Source of the DNA: an uncultured Acidobacteriota bacterium
Lineage (GTDB): Bacteria; Acidobacteriota; Thermoanaerobaculia; Multivoradales; SZUA-115
Assembly: GCA_963805975.1 (NCBI GenBank)
Contig: CAWDVR010000003.1
Coordinates: forward strand, 32,001 to 96,000
Direction of reading: 5' to 3'
Length of the DNA: 64,000 bases
Part shown: positions 16,352-25,473 of the stretch, one piece after another
How positions within the stretch are numbered: position 1 is the first letter of the stretch
Layout: each line of letters begins with the position of its first letter
The notes under the pieces: model-generated
Databases searched by the model: none
Told to the model about the DNA's origin: nothing
What the model saw: only the letters and a program-made list of their open reading frames with translations
Program-made: the position numbers and the translations under genes

Positions 16352-18184
16352 TTGCTGCTGTCCAAGAGATCCGGATCCGTCGTTCTCGCCGCCGGCCTGC
16401 TGCTGGCCGCGGGCGCCTCTCGGCTCGCGGCCTCGGCCGCCTCGGAGGCGATCCTGCCGCCGCTTCCGCCCTGGGAGGGGAAGAGCCGCTCGCTGATGGT
16501 GGACGGTAAGGACCCCTGGGTGACGCCCAGCGAGGCCACGGGTCTTCGCGGCACGCCGACCTACGACGAGACGTTGGCCTATCTGCGGCGGCTCTCGGCC
16601 GCGGCGCCGGAGCTCTCGCTGGTCTCGCTCGGCAAGAGTCCCGAGGGCCGCGATATCTGGATGGTGATCGCCTCGGCCGAGCGCGCGAAGACGCCCGAGG
16701 CCCTCGCCGCCACGGGCAAGCCGAGCCTCCTCGCCCAGGGCGGGATCCACTCCGGCGAGATCGACGGCAAGGACGCCGGCCTCATGCTGCTGCGCGACAT
16801 GACCGTCGCCGGCAAGAAGCGCGACCTTCTCGCCAAGGCGAACCTGCTCTTCATCCCCATCCTGAACGTGGACGGTCACGAGCACGCCTCGCGCTACGGC
16901 CGCATCAACCAGCGCGGCCCGGAGGTGATGGGTTGGCGCACGACGGCGCGGAACCTCAACCTGAACCGCGACTACGGGAAGCTCGACGCGCCCGAGACCC
17001 GTGCCGTGGTGGCGGCGATCGAGCGCTACCAGCCGAGCCTCTACTTCGACCTCCACGTCACCGACGGCAGCGACTACCAGTACGACATCACCTTCGGCAA
17101 CAACGGTCCCCACGCCTACTCGCCGGCCATCGCCCGCTGGCTGGACGGCGTGCTCACCCCGGCACTCAACGCGGACCTCGCCGCGTGGGGCCACATCCCC
17201 GGTCCGCTCATCAACTTCGTCGACGCCGGCGATCCGACGAAGGGCAACTTCGTCTGGACGGCGCCGCCGCGCTTCTCGCACGGCTACGGCGACGTACGTC
17301 ATCTGCCCTCGGTGCTGGTCGAGAACCACTCGCTCAAGCCCTACGACCAGCGGGTGCTCGGCACCTACGTGCTGCTCGCCTCGGCCTTGAAGGCGCTGGG
17401 CGAGCGCGGCGGCGAGCTGGCGGCGGCCATGGCCACCGACCGCGCCCGCCGCCCGGCCGAGCTGCCCGTGGGCTGGAGGCCGCCGTCCACGCCGCCGGCC
17501 AGCATGAGCCTGCTCGCCATCGCGGCGCGCCAGGAGCCGTCGAAGGTTTCTGGCGGCAACCGCACGGTGTGGACGGGCAAGCCGGTCGAGCTCACCGTGC
17601 CGGCGGTGGCGGCGACCGAGCCCACGGCCACCGTGCCGCGAGCCCGGGCGTATTGGGTGCCGCCCACCTATCCGGAGGTGATCGAGCGCCTGCGCACCCA
17701 TGGCGTCGAGATGGAGATCACCGCCGCACCGCGGGCGATCGGGGCCGAGATGTATCGGCTCGAGGAGCCCAAGCTGGCGGCGCAGCCCTTCGAGGGCCGC
17801 GTCGGGGTCACGGCACGGCCTGTCCCTGAGCGCCGGAAGGAGACCTTCCCCGCCGGCTCGGCCCGCATCTCGACCGATCAGGTGCTCGGCGATCTCGTGG
17901 TCCTCCTGCTCGAGCCCGGCTCGCCGGACTCGTTCTTCCAGTGGGGGTTCTTCCTCGAGCCGTTGCAGCAGACCGAGTACGTCGAGGGATACGTGATGGA
18001 GCCCATGGCCGAGGCCATGCTCGCCGAGAGCCCGGCCCTCGCCCAGGAGTGGGAAAAAGCGCTGGCCGCCGATCCGGAGCTCGCCAAGAACCCGGCCGAG
18101 CGCCTGCAATGGTTCTACCGCCGCACGCCGTTCTTCGACGCGCGCTGGCGGCTCTACCCGGTCGCGCGCGAGCTCGCCCCGTAG
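16352..18184 (+). CDS. Secreted M14 zinc carboxypeptidase
   Basis: IHSGEIDG, NVDGHE, NLNRD, DLHVTDG motifs; AAGGAG RBS before TTG 16352; signal peptide. Confidence 0.88.
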   Translation: MLLSKRSGSVVLAAGLLLAAGASRLAASAASEAILPPLPPWEGKSRSLMVDGKDPWVTPSEATGLRGTPTYDETLAYLRRLSAAAPELSLVSLGKSPEGRDIWMVIASAERAKTPEALAATGKPSLLAQGGIHSGEIDGKDAGLMLLRDMTVAGKKRDLLAKANLLFIPILNVDGHEHASRYGRINQRGPEVMGWRTTARNLNLNRDYGKLDAPETRAVVAAIERYQPSLYFDLHVTDGSDYQYDITFGNNGPHAYSPAIARWLDGVLTPALNADLAAWGHIPGPLINFVDAGDPTKGNFVWTAPPRFSHGYGDVRHLPSVLVENHSLKPYDQRVLGTYVLLASALKALGERGGELAAAMATDRARRPAELPVGWRPPSTPPASMSLLAIAARQEPSKVSGGNRTVWTGKPVELTVPAVAATEPTATVPRARAYWVPPTYPEVIERLRTHGVEMEITAAPRAIGAEMYRLEEPKLAAQPFEGRVGVTARPVPERRKETFPAGSARISTDQVLGDLVVLLLEPGSPDSFFQWGFFLEPLQQTEYVEGYVMEPMAEAMLAESPALAQEWEKALAADPELAKNPAERLQWFYRRTPFFDARWRLYPVARELAP

Positions 18185-18256
18185 GCGGCGAGGCGCGGGA
18201 CCCGAGCAAAGCATTCCGCCGGCCGCTGTTACGAGCACCGGTGAAGGAGGATCGTC

Positions 18257-18847
18257 ATGTTGCAGGAGATCGCCACCCCCGTGGTCTACCCCGGCTGTAG
18301 CCGTTTGATCGAGGAGCTGGACAAGGCCGTCGCCAGCTCGACGGTGCCGGACAAGATCACCCACGCCGTGCAGGCCACGCTCCACGAGCTGCTCTCGGCC
18401 CGCCAGGTGGAGCTGCCGGAGGGCATGCGCCAGCCCGCCCCCAACACCTACGCGCGGCGCCTGGTGCACGCGAGCCCCGAGCTCGGCTACACCGTGCTCG
18501 CCATGGTGTGGGGGCCGGGCCAGGGCACGGGGCTCCACAACCACGCCGGCATGTGGTGTGTGGAAGGCGTGCTCGACGGGCTGATCGAGGTCACCCAGTA
18601 CAGCATGCACGAGCGCTCCGGCAGCCTCTACCGCTTCCAGCGCGAGGGCTGCGACAAGGCCGGCGTCGGCGAAGCCGGCCGCCTGATCCCGCCGCACGAG
18701 TACCACGTGCTGAGGAACGTCGTCGAGGGCGGCTCCTCGATCACCATCCACGTCTACGGCGGCGAGATGAGCCGCTGCAGCGTCTTCGAGCCGCGGACGG
18801 AAGGGTGGTACGAAGAGGTGACGAAGAACCTGGTGCTGACGGAATAG
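18257..18847 (+). CDS. Cysteine dioxygenase-family cupin
   Basis: YARRL, AMVWGPGQGTGLHNH, EYH, SITIHVYGG; AAGGAGG RBS. Confidence 0.85.
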   Translation: MLQEIATPVVYPGCSRLIEELDKAVASSTVPDKITHAVQATLHELLSARQVELPEGMRQPAPNTYARRLVHASPELGYTVLAMVWGPGQGTGLHNHAGMWCVEGVLDGLIEVTQYSMHERSGSLYRFQREGCDKAGVGEAGRLIPPHEYHVLRNVVEGGSSITIHVYGGEMSRCSVFEPRTEGWYEEVTKNLVLTE

Positions 18848-18995
18848 GCGATCCAGCACGGCGCTCGAGACGGGCGCAGAACGCGACAAGAGAAGGACGA
18901 TGAGCCCCGGTGCAGAGCGGCGGCGGGAGGAACCCTACCGCGGAGGCATCGAGTCGAGCGGGGCTCCGGGACCGTAGCCGTCGGCTCGACGGACA

Positions 18996-20213
18996 TCACC
19001 CCGCGTACATCCGCACCGAGTACCCCACGTCGTCCGCCATCTGGAGGGTCGCCGCGAGGTCGGGGTGGCGGAGGACCAGGAAACCGTCCGAGACCAGGGT
19101 CTGGCGCCAGTCGCGGCGGCGGGCGCCTACCGGCAGCAGGTTGTCCCAGGCGATCCAGGCGCCGTAGGCGCGGGCGATGCGATCCAGGCCCACGATCTTG
19201 CGGATCGTGCCCTGGCCCTGGGCGCGCTTGTAGACGTTGGCCACGTTGTAGCGGCGGCGGACGTCCTCGCTCATGCGCTTGTGGCAGACCGCCTCGGCCC
19301 AGCCGCGGAAGATGTCGATGTCGCAGGCGAAGTTCATCTGGTCCACCTGGTGGGCGCCCGGGGGGCGTGCCCCGATCTCGCCAAAGACCACCTCGCCGTC
19401 GGCTTTCCGGTACCACTCCATGTGCGTGAAGCCGGACTCGAAGCCCATCGCCTTGAGCACCGCGCGGCCCATCTCGATGCCGCCCGCGAGCTCCGGCTGG
19501 TCCGGGTTGCGCAGCGCCACCACCTGCGGGCTGATCCACTCGTTGCTCCTCGCCACGAGGGGCCGCGGCCGATACCAGGCGACGTTGTAGTAGGCGGGCT
19601 CGCCGTCGATCGAGACGGTGTCGAAGGTGTACTCCTCGCCGTCGACGAACTCCTCGACGCTCACCTCCGGCACGTGGTGCATGCGGGAGAGGGCGGCGTG
19701 GAGCTCGCCGGTATCGTGCACGCGATAGGTGTCGGCCGAGCCGGCGCCGGCGATGGGTTTGAGGATCAGGGGGAAGCCGATCCGCTCCGCCGCTTCCCAG
19801 CAGGCGGCGGCCGAGGTGGCGGCCACGTGGCGGGGGGTGCGGATGCCCGCCGCGTCCAGGATCTGTTTCATTCGCTCTTTGTTACGGAAGGCGAAGGCCT
19901 GCTCGGGAGTCAGGCCCGGCACGCCCAGGGCCTGGCGCAGGCGCGCCGCGAGCTCCACGCCCGGCTCCCACAGACACTCGACACGGTCGGGCGCGCGGCC
20001 TCCCAGCCAGCCGCGCACGGCGTCGATCACCCCCTGCTCGTCCCACAGGTTGCGCACCTGGAGGTAGGCGGAGACGGCCGACCGCGCGGGCTCGGGGATG
20101 GCGCCGGCGGGCTGGTCGCCCACTCCCAGGACCTCGGCACCGACCTCGGCCAGACCGCGAGTGAAGTGGGGCATGTCGCCGGGATAGCCGGGGGAGATCA
20201 GCAGAACCTTCAT
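18996..20213 (-). CDS. ATP-grasp domain protein
   Basis: FRNKERMK, FPLILKPIAGAGS, VEEFVDGEEY, HMEWY, EIGARPPG. Confidence 0.88.
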   Translation of the reverse strand: MKVLLISPGYPGDMPHFTRGLAEVGAEVLGVGDQPAGAIPEPARSAVSAYLQVRNLWDEQGVIDAVRGWLGGRAPDRVECLWEPGVELAARLRQALGVPGLTPEQAFAFRNKERMKQILDAAGIRTPRHVAATSAAACWEAAERIGFPLILKPIAGAGSADTYRVHDTGELHAALSRMHHVPEVSVEEFVDGEEYTFDTVSIDGEPAYYNVAWYRPRPLVARSNEWISPQVVALRNPDQPELAGGIEMGRAVLKAMGFESGFTHMEWYRKADGEVVFGEIGARPPGAHQVDQMNFACDIDIFRGWAEAVCHKRMSEDVRRRYNVANVYKRAQGQGTIRKIVGLDRIARAYGAWIAWDNLLPVGARRRDWRQTLVSDGFLVLRHPDLAATLQMADDVGYSVRMYAG

Positions 20214-20395
20214 AGCGTCCTCGCGGGGGGGCGGCCGTCGTCCAAAAGAGAGTGCTGAAGCGCCCGGGATTATATGGCTCGCGGATCGCTCAGCCCTTTC
20301 AGGGTGGCGTCCCTACCCTGAAAAGGGCCGGGGGACCAGCGTTGAGACCTCTTGCCAGGCCCCAAGTCGCGGAAAGCCTGGCGAAGGATCCAGGA

Positions 20396-20411
20396 TGGTA
20401 TTTAATTTGCA
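20396..20411 (+). promoter_or_regulatory. Putative sigma54 (-24/-12) promoter of the guanidine operon
   Basis: TGGTATTTAATTTGCA, with GG-N10-GC spacing exact. Confidence 0.65.
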
Positions 20412-20420
20412 GCTAGTCAC

Positions 20421-20490
20421 GACTCTAGATTCCCGCGTACTGTGAGAGATATAAACAGCATTCAGACACCCTGGGAGAACTTCTTGGGAG
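20421..20490 (+). ncRNA. Possible degenerate ykkC/guanidine-I-like riboswitch remnant
   Basis: Ordered landmarks CTAGATTCCCG, GAGAG and ACAC-N3-GGGA-N9-GGGAG in the leader of guanidine genes; several core nucleotides deviate. Confidence 0.3.
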
Positions 20491-20589
20491 AGGGCAGAAG
20501 TGCTACGTATTAGTGCGCACATGCGGTGATATGCATTCGGGGTCGGCTATGAAACTAAGACCCGCCGGCCCACGCCTAAGGAGATCTTC

Positions 20590-21648
20590 ATGATCAAGGC
20601 ACGCGCGATCGCTCTCTCGTTCCTGCTCGCGGTGGTGAGCGCCGGCTGCTCCCGGCAGGAGCAGGCGACCCATACCGCCGCTCCCACGCCGGCCGGACCG
20701 GCGCTCAAGATCGCCTACAGCGACTGGCCCGGCTGGGTGGCCTGGGAGGTCGCGGCCCGCAAGGGCTGGTTTGCCGAGGCCGGGGTCGCGGTCGAGCTGG
20801 TCTGGTTCGAGTACGGCCCGTCGCTCGACGCCTTTGCCGCCGGCACGGTGGACGCGGTGTCGACCACCAACGGGGACGCGATGGTCCTCGGCGCCGCAGG
20901 CAAGGCCTCCAAGGCCATCGTGATCAACGACTACAGCAACGGCAACGACATGGTGATCGGCCGCCCCGGCATCGGCTCGGTGGCGGAGCTCAAGGGCAAG
21001 AAGATCGGGGTCGAGCTCAACCTGGTGGATCACCTGCTGCTGCTCAAGGCCCTCGAAGCGAACGGCCTCTCGGAATCCGACGTCACCCTGGTCAACATGC
21101 CCACCAACGACACGCCGCAGGCCCTGGCCGCGGGCGGGGTCGACGCCATCGCCGCCTGGAACCCGGTGGCCTCCCAGACCCTGCAGCAGGTGGCGGGGTC
21201 GAAGGCACTGTTCACCAGCCGAGAGGTGCCGGGCCTGATCTACGACGCACTGTTCGTCGACCCCGCGAGCCTCGGAGCGCGGCGGGAGGACTGGGCCAAG
21301 GTGGCCAAGGTCTGGTTCCGCTGCGTCGAGCACATCACCAATCCGGCCACCCAGACCGACGCGGTGGCGATCATGGCGGCGCGCGTGGGCATCACGCCCG
21401 AGCGCTACCAGCAGTTCCTGGCCGGCACCCACCTGCTCGACCTCGCGGGCAACCTCTCGGTGCTGGCCCCGGGCACCGGGCTGTCGTCGGTCCTGGGCTC
21501 GAGCGACATCGTCAACCGCTTCAACGTGGAGAAGAAGGTCTACGCCAAGCTCCAGGAGCCGGCGGCCTTCTTCGAGCCCGCTCTGGTCGAGGCCATGGCG
21601 GCCGAGCTCGGGGTCGAGCGCGTGGCCTCGAACCGGTTGGCTCCGTAG
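20590..21648 (+). CDS. ABC transporter substrate-binding lipoprotein (NMT1/TauA-like, guanidine-type)
   Basis: Lipobox VVSAGC; YSDWPGWVAW, INDYSNGND motifs; AAGGAG RBS. Confidence 0.9.
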   Translation: MIKARAIALSFLLAVVSAGCSRQEQATHTAAPTPAGPALKIAYSDWPGWVAWEVAARKGWFAEAGVAVELVWFEYGPSLDAFAAGTVDAVSTTNGDAMVLGAAGKASKAIVINDYSNGNDMVIGRPGIGSVAELKGKKIGVELNLVDHLLLLKALEANGLSESDVTLVNMPTNDTPQALAAGGVDAIAAWNPVASQTLQQVAGSKALFTSREVPGLIYDALFVDPASLGARREDWAKVAKVWFRCVEHITNPATQTDAVAIMAARVGITPERYQQFLAGTHLLDLAGNLSVLAPGTGLSSVLGSSDIVNRFNVEKKVYAKLQEPAAFFEPALVEAMAAELGVERVASNRLAP

Positions 21649-21688
21649 GCAGCGCCCAACAGCAGAGAGCAGAGAAGGGAGAGTTTCC

Positions 21689-22777
21689 GTGGCTCAGACC
21701 ACCGCATGGTTCGCAATCCGCCGGGAGCTGCCTCCGCACCGGGCGGCGGTGCCGCTCCTGGGCGGCCTGCTGTTGCCGCTGGTCCTCTGGTCGGTGGTCT
21801 CCTACGTGCCTTTCCTGTGGCATCCCTACTTCAAAGTGGTGAGCCCCGGGGGCTCGACGGAGCTCACTGCCGGCATGCGCGTCACGCCGGAGCAGCTCGC
21901 AGCCGAGAACGCGCGTCTCGGGGCGGCGGGCCAGCCGACCGTGCACGGGGTGCGCGCCAACCCGATCTTTCTGCCGGCGCCGCACGAGGCGCTCCGTGCC
22001 GTCTTCACGGCCTTCGCCACCGAGCCCTTGCGGCCGGGCGACCCGTGGCTCCACGAGAGCCTCCTGCACTCGATCCAGATCATCGTCTGGGGCTTCCTGC
22101 TCTCGGCCCTCTTCGGAGTGCCCCTCGGCATCCTCTGCGGCACCTTCGCCTTCTTCTCGCGCGCCGCCGAGCCGTTCACCGACTTCATCCGCTACATGCC
22201 GGCGCCCGCCTTCGGCGCGCTGGCGGTGGCGGTGCTCGGCATCCACGACGCGCCCAAGGTCGCCATCATCTTCATCGGCACCTTCTTCCAGATGGTGCTG
22301 GTGATCGCCAACACCACGCGGCAGCTCGACGTGTCGCTGGTCGAGGCGGCGCAGACCCTGGGGGCCAACCGCAAGCAGCTCCTGTCCCGGGTGGTGATCC
22401 CCGGCATCCTGCCCAACCTCTACAACGATCTGCGCATCCTGCTCGGCTGGGCGTGGACCTACCTGATCGTGGCCGAGCTGATCGGCGCGAGCTCGGGCAT
22501 CAGCTACTTCATCAACCAGCAGGGCAAGTACCGGAACTACGACAACGTCTTCGCCGGCATCATCATCATCGGCCTGGTCGGCCTGCTCACCGATCAGTTG
22601 CTCTCCCTGGCGTCGCGCTTCCTGTTCCCGTGGCAGCCGGCGGCCAACGGTTCCCTGGTGCGCAAGGTGGTGCACGCGGCGACCGCCCTCGCCAGGCATC
22701 TCAAGGGCCGGCGCCGCCAGCGCCCCGCCGTCGCCAGGCCGATGGCGCCGGTCGCCGACATGCGGCGGGGGAGGTAG
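21689..22777 (+). CDS. ABC transporter permease
   Basis: DFIRYMPAPAFG, EAA motif (LVEAAQTLGA), GWAWTYLIVAELIG. Confidence 0.92.
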   Translation: MAQTTAWFAIRRELPPHRAAVPLLGGLLLPLVLWSVVSYVPFLWHPYFKVVSPGGSTELTAGMRVTPEQLAAENARLGAAGQPTVHGVRANPIFLPAPHEALRAVFTAFATEPLRPGDPWLHESLLHSIQIIVWGFLLSALFGVPLGILCGTFAFFSRAAEPFTDFIRYMPAPAFGALAVAVLGIHDAPKVAIIFIGTFFQMVLVIANTTRQLDVSLVEAAQTLGANRKQLLSRVVIPGILPNLYNDLRILLGWAWTYLIVAELIGASSGISYFINQQGKYRNYDNVFAGIIIIGLVGLLTDQLLSLASRFLFPWQPAANGSLVRKVVHAATALARHLKGRRRQRPAVARPMAPVADMRRGR

Positions 22778-22780
22778 CAG

Positions 22781-23689
<909 letters not shown>

Positions 23690-23738
23690 AATCACCCGGT
23701 TCCGCGCACCACCCCACTGCCTCTCAGGGGAGAAGCGA

Positions 23739-24905
23739 ATGAGTGACCAGACGCCTGCTCCACCGTTCGACTCGACCCTCGGCCGCCTGGCAGCGCAGAA
23801 AGAAGGCACGATCCCCGAGGAGCGTGGCCACGCGCGCGCTCGCCGCGGCGTCGAGCTGGGGCTGCCGGCGGCTGCCTCGGTCACCGACCCGATGATCAGT
23901 TGCTTCTCGCGCGCCGAGCTGCCGCACTTCGCGGGGATCAACACTCTCTTGAAGCTGCCCTATCTCGAAGACGTGCGCCAGGTGGGGAACTACGACATCG
24001 CCTTCCTCGGCATCCCCTTCGACACCGGCACCACCTACCGGCCGGGCACCCGTTTCGGGCCGCAGGGCATGCGCCGGGTGTCGGCGCTCTACACGACGTA
24101 CTTCTACGAGGTGGGCGTGGACCTGGTGGAGTCGGTCGCGATGTGCGACCTGGGGGACGTCTTCGTCATCCCGGCCAACCTCGAGAAGAGCTTCGACCAG
24201 GTGAGCCGCGCCGTGTCGCACGTCTTCTCGAGCGGCTGCTTCCCCTTCCTCATGGGCGGCGACCACTCGCTCGGCTACCCGAACGTGCGCGGCATCGCGC
24301 CGCACATCGACGGCAACATCGGCATCATCCACATCGACCGCCACATCGACCTGCAAGAGAAGGACATGGACGAGCGGATGCACACCACGCCGTGGTTCCA
24401 TGCCACCAACATCCCCAACGCGCCGCCCTCGAACCTGGTGCAGATCGGCATCGGCGGCTGGCAGGTGCCGCGCGCCGGTGTCAAGGAAGCGATGAAGCGC
24501 GGCACCAACATCCTGACCATGGACGACGTCGAGCGGCTCGGCATCGAGAAGACGGCCGAGATCGCGCTCGAGGCGGCGTGGAAGAACGCCAAGGCGGTCT
24601 ACCTCTCCTTCGATATCGACAGCGTGGACTGCGGCTTCGTGCCCGGCACCGGCTGGCCGGAGCCGGGCGGGTTCCTGCCGCGCGAGGTGCTGAAGCTCCT
24701 CAAGCTGGTGGCGCAGGAGGGCATCGTGGCGATGGAGGTGGTGGAGGTGGCGCCGGCCTACGACATCAGCGACATCACCTCGCTGCTCGGCGTGCGCGCC
24801 ATGCTCGATGTGCTGGCGGTGCTGGTGGACAGCGGCCAGCTCCCGAGGAAGGACCGGCTGGCCAACATCCGGCCGGCGGGGATCGACGCCTGGAGCGGCT
24901 ACTGA
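23739..24905 (+). CDS. gdmH: Ni-dependent guanidine hydrolase (ureohydrolase family)
   Basis: FSRAELPHFAGINT, GTTYRPGTRFGPQG, GGDHS, DRHID, ERMHTTPWFHATN, GGWQVPR, SFDIDS, PGTGWPEPGG closely match Synechocystis GdmH as recalled; ABC importer and hypA neighbours. Confidence 0.85.
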   Translation: MSDQTPAPPFDSTLGRLAAQKEGTIPEERGHARARRGVELGLPAAASVTDPMISCFSRAELPHFAGINTLLKLPYLEDVRQVGNYDIAFLGIPFDTGTTYRPGTRFGPQGMRRVSALYTTYFYEVGVDLVESVAMCDLGDVFVIPANLEKSFDQVSRAVSHVFSSGCFPFLMGGDHSLGYPNVRGIAPHIDGNIGIIHIDRHIDLQEKDMDERMHTTPWFHATNIPNAPPSNLVQIGIGGWQVPRAGVKEAMKRGTNILTMDDVERLGIEKTAEIALEAAWKNAKAVYLSFDIDSVDCGFVPGTGWPEPGGFLPREVLKLLKLVAQEGIVAMEVVEVAPAYDISDITSLLGVRAMLDVLAVLVDSGQLPRKDRLANIRPAGIDAWSGY

Positions 24906-24986
24906 GAGACTTGCCGCGCCAGGGCGCTTCCTCCAAGCTGCCGGATTTCCACGGATTTCTGGACCCATTTTCTTGAACTTCGTCCG

Positions 24987-25352
24987 GTGCACGAGCTGTC
25001 GATAGCGCTCGCCGTGGTGGAGACGGTGAGCGAGCGATTGCTCGGCGAAACCCCCGACGGGAAAGGCCCGCCGCGGGTCGAGAGCGTGACGCTCGCCGTG
25101 GGCGCGCTCTCGGGTGTCGATTGCGGCGCGCTGCGCTTCGCCTTTCCCGAGGCCACGGCCGGAACGGCGCTCGCCGGCGCGGCGCTCGAGATCGAGGAGA
25201 TCGGCGTCGTGGCCTTCTGCCCGAGCTGTGAGCAAGAGCAGGCGATCCCCAACGTGCGGCGCCTGCGCTGCCCGGTCTGCCGCACCCCCACGCCGCGCAT
25301 CGTGAGGGGACGAGAGCTCGAGGTCCTGCGGCTGGCGGTGGAGGAAGGGTAA
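24987..25352 (+). CDS. hypA: HypA-family nickel metallochaperone (GhaA-like)
   Basis: MHELSIA N-terminus; CPSC and CPVC; GRELEV. Confidence 0.9.
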   Translation: MHELSIALAVVETVSERLLGETPDGKGPPRVESVTLAVGALSGVDCGALRFAFPEATAGTALAGAALEIEEIGVVAFCPSCEQEQAIPNVRRLRCPVCRTPTPRIVRGRELEVLRLAVEEG

Positions 25353-25370
25353 GGGGTAGGGAAAGAAGAG

Positions 25371-25473
25371 TGGATTCCCGCTTGCGCGGGAATGACGAGT
25401 CACGGCGCTCGCCTGCCGGGCTCTTGGCGTTACCGAACTGGGGCTCCGTCATTCCCGCGCAAGCGGGAATCCA
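25371..25473. repeat. Inverted pair of ATTCCC-N8-GGGAAT (dRS3/REP-like) repeats
   Basis: TGGATTCCCGCTTGCGCGGGAATGACG (25371-25397) and its exact reverse complement (25447-25473). Confidence 0.88.

Noticed and set aside
20491-20589. Guanidine-II or guanidine-III riboswitch
   Set aside because: No paired ACGR tetraloop hairpins and no ykkC-III pseudoknot consensus are visible.
23739-25352. Agmatinase plus hydrogenase-maturation interpretation
   Set aside because: The motifs and context fit the Ni-dependent guanidine hydrolase clade, and no hydrogenase genes are nearby.
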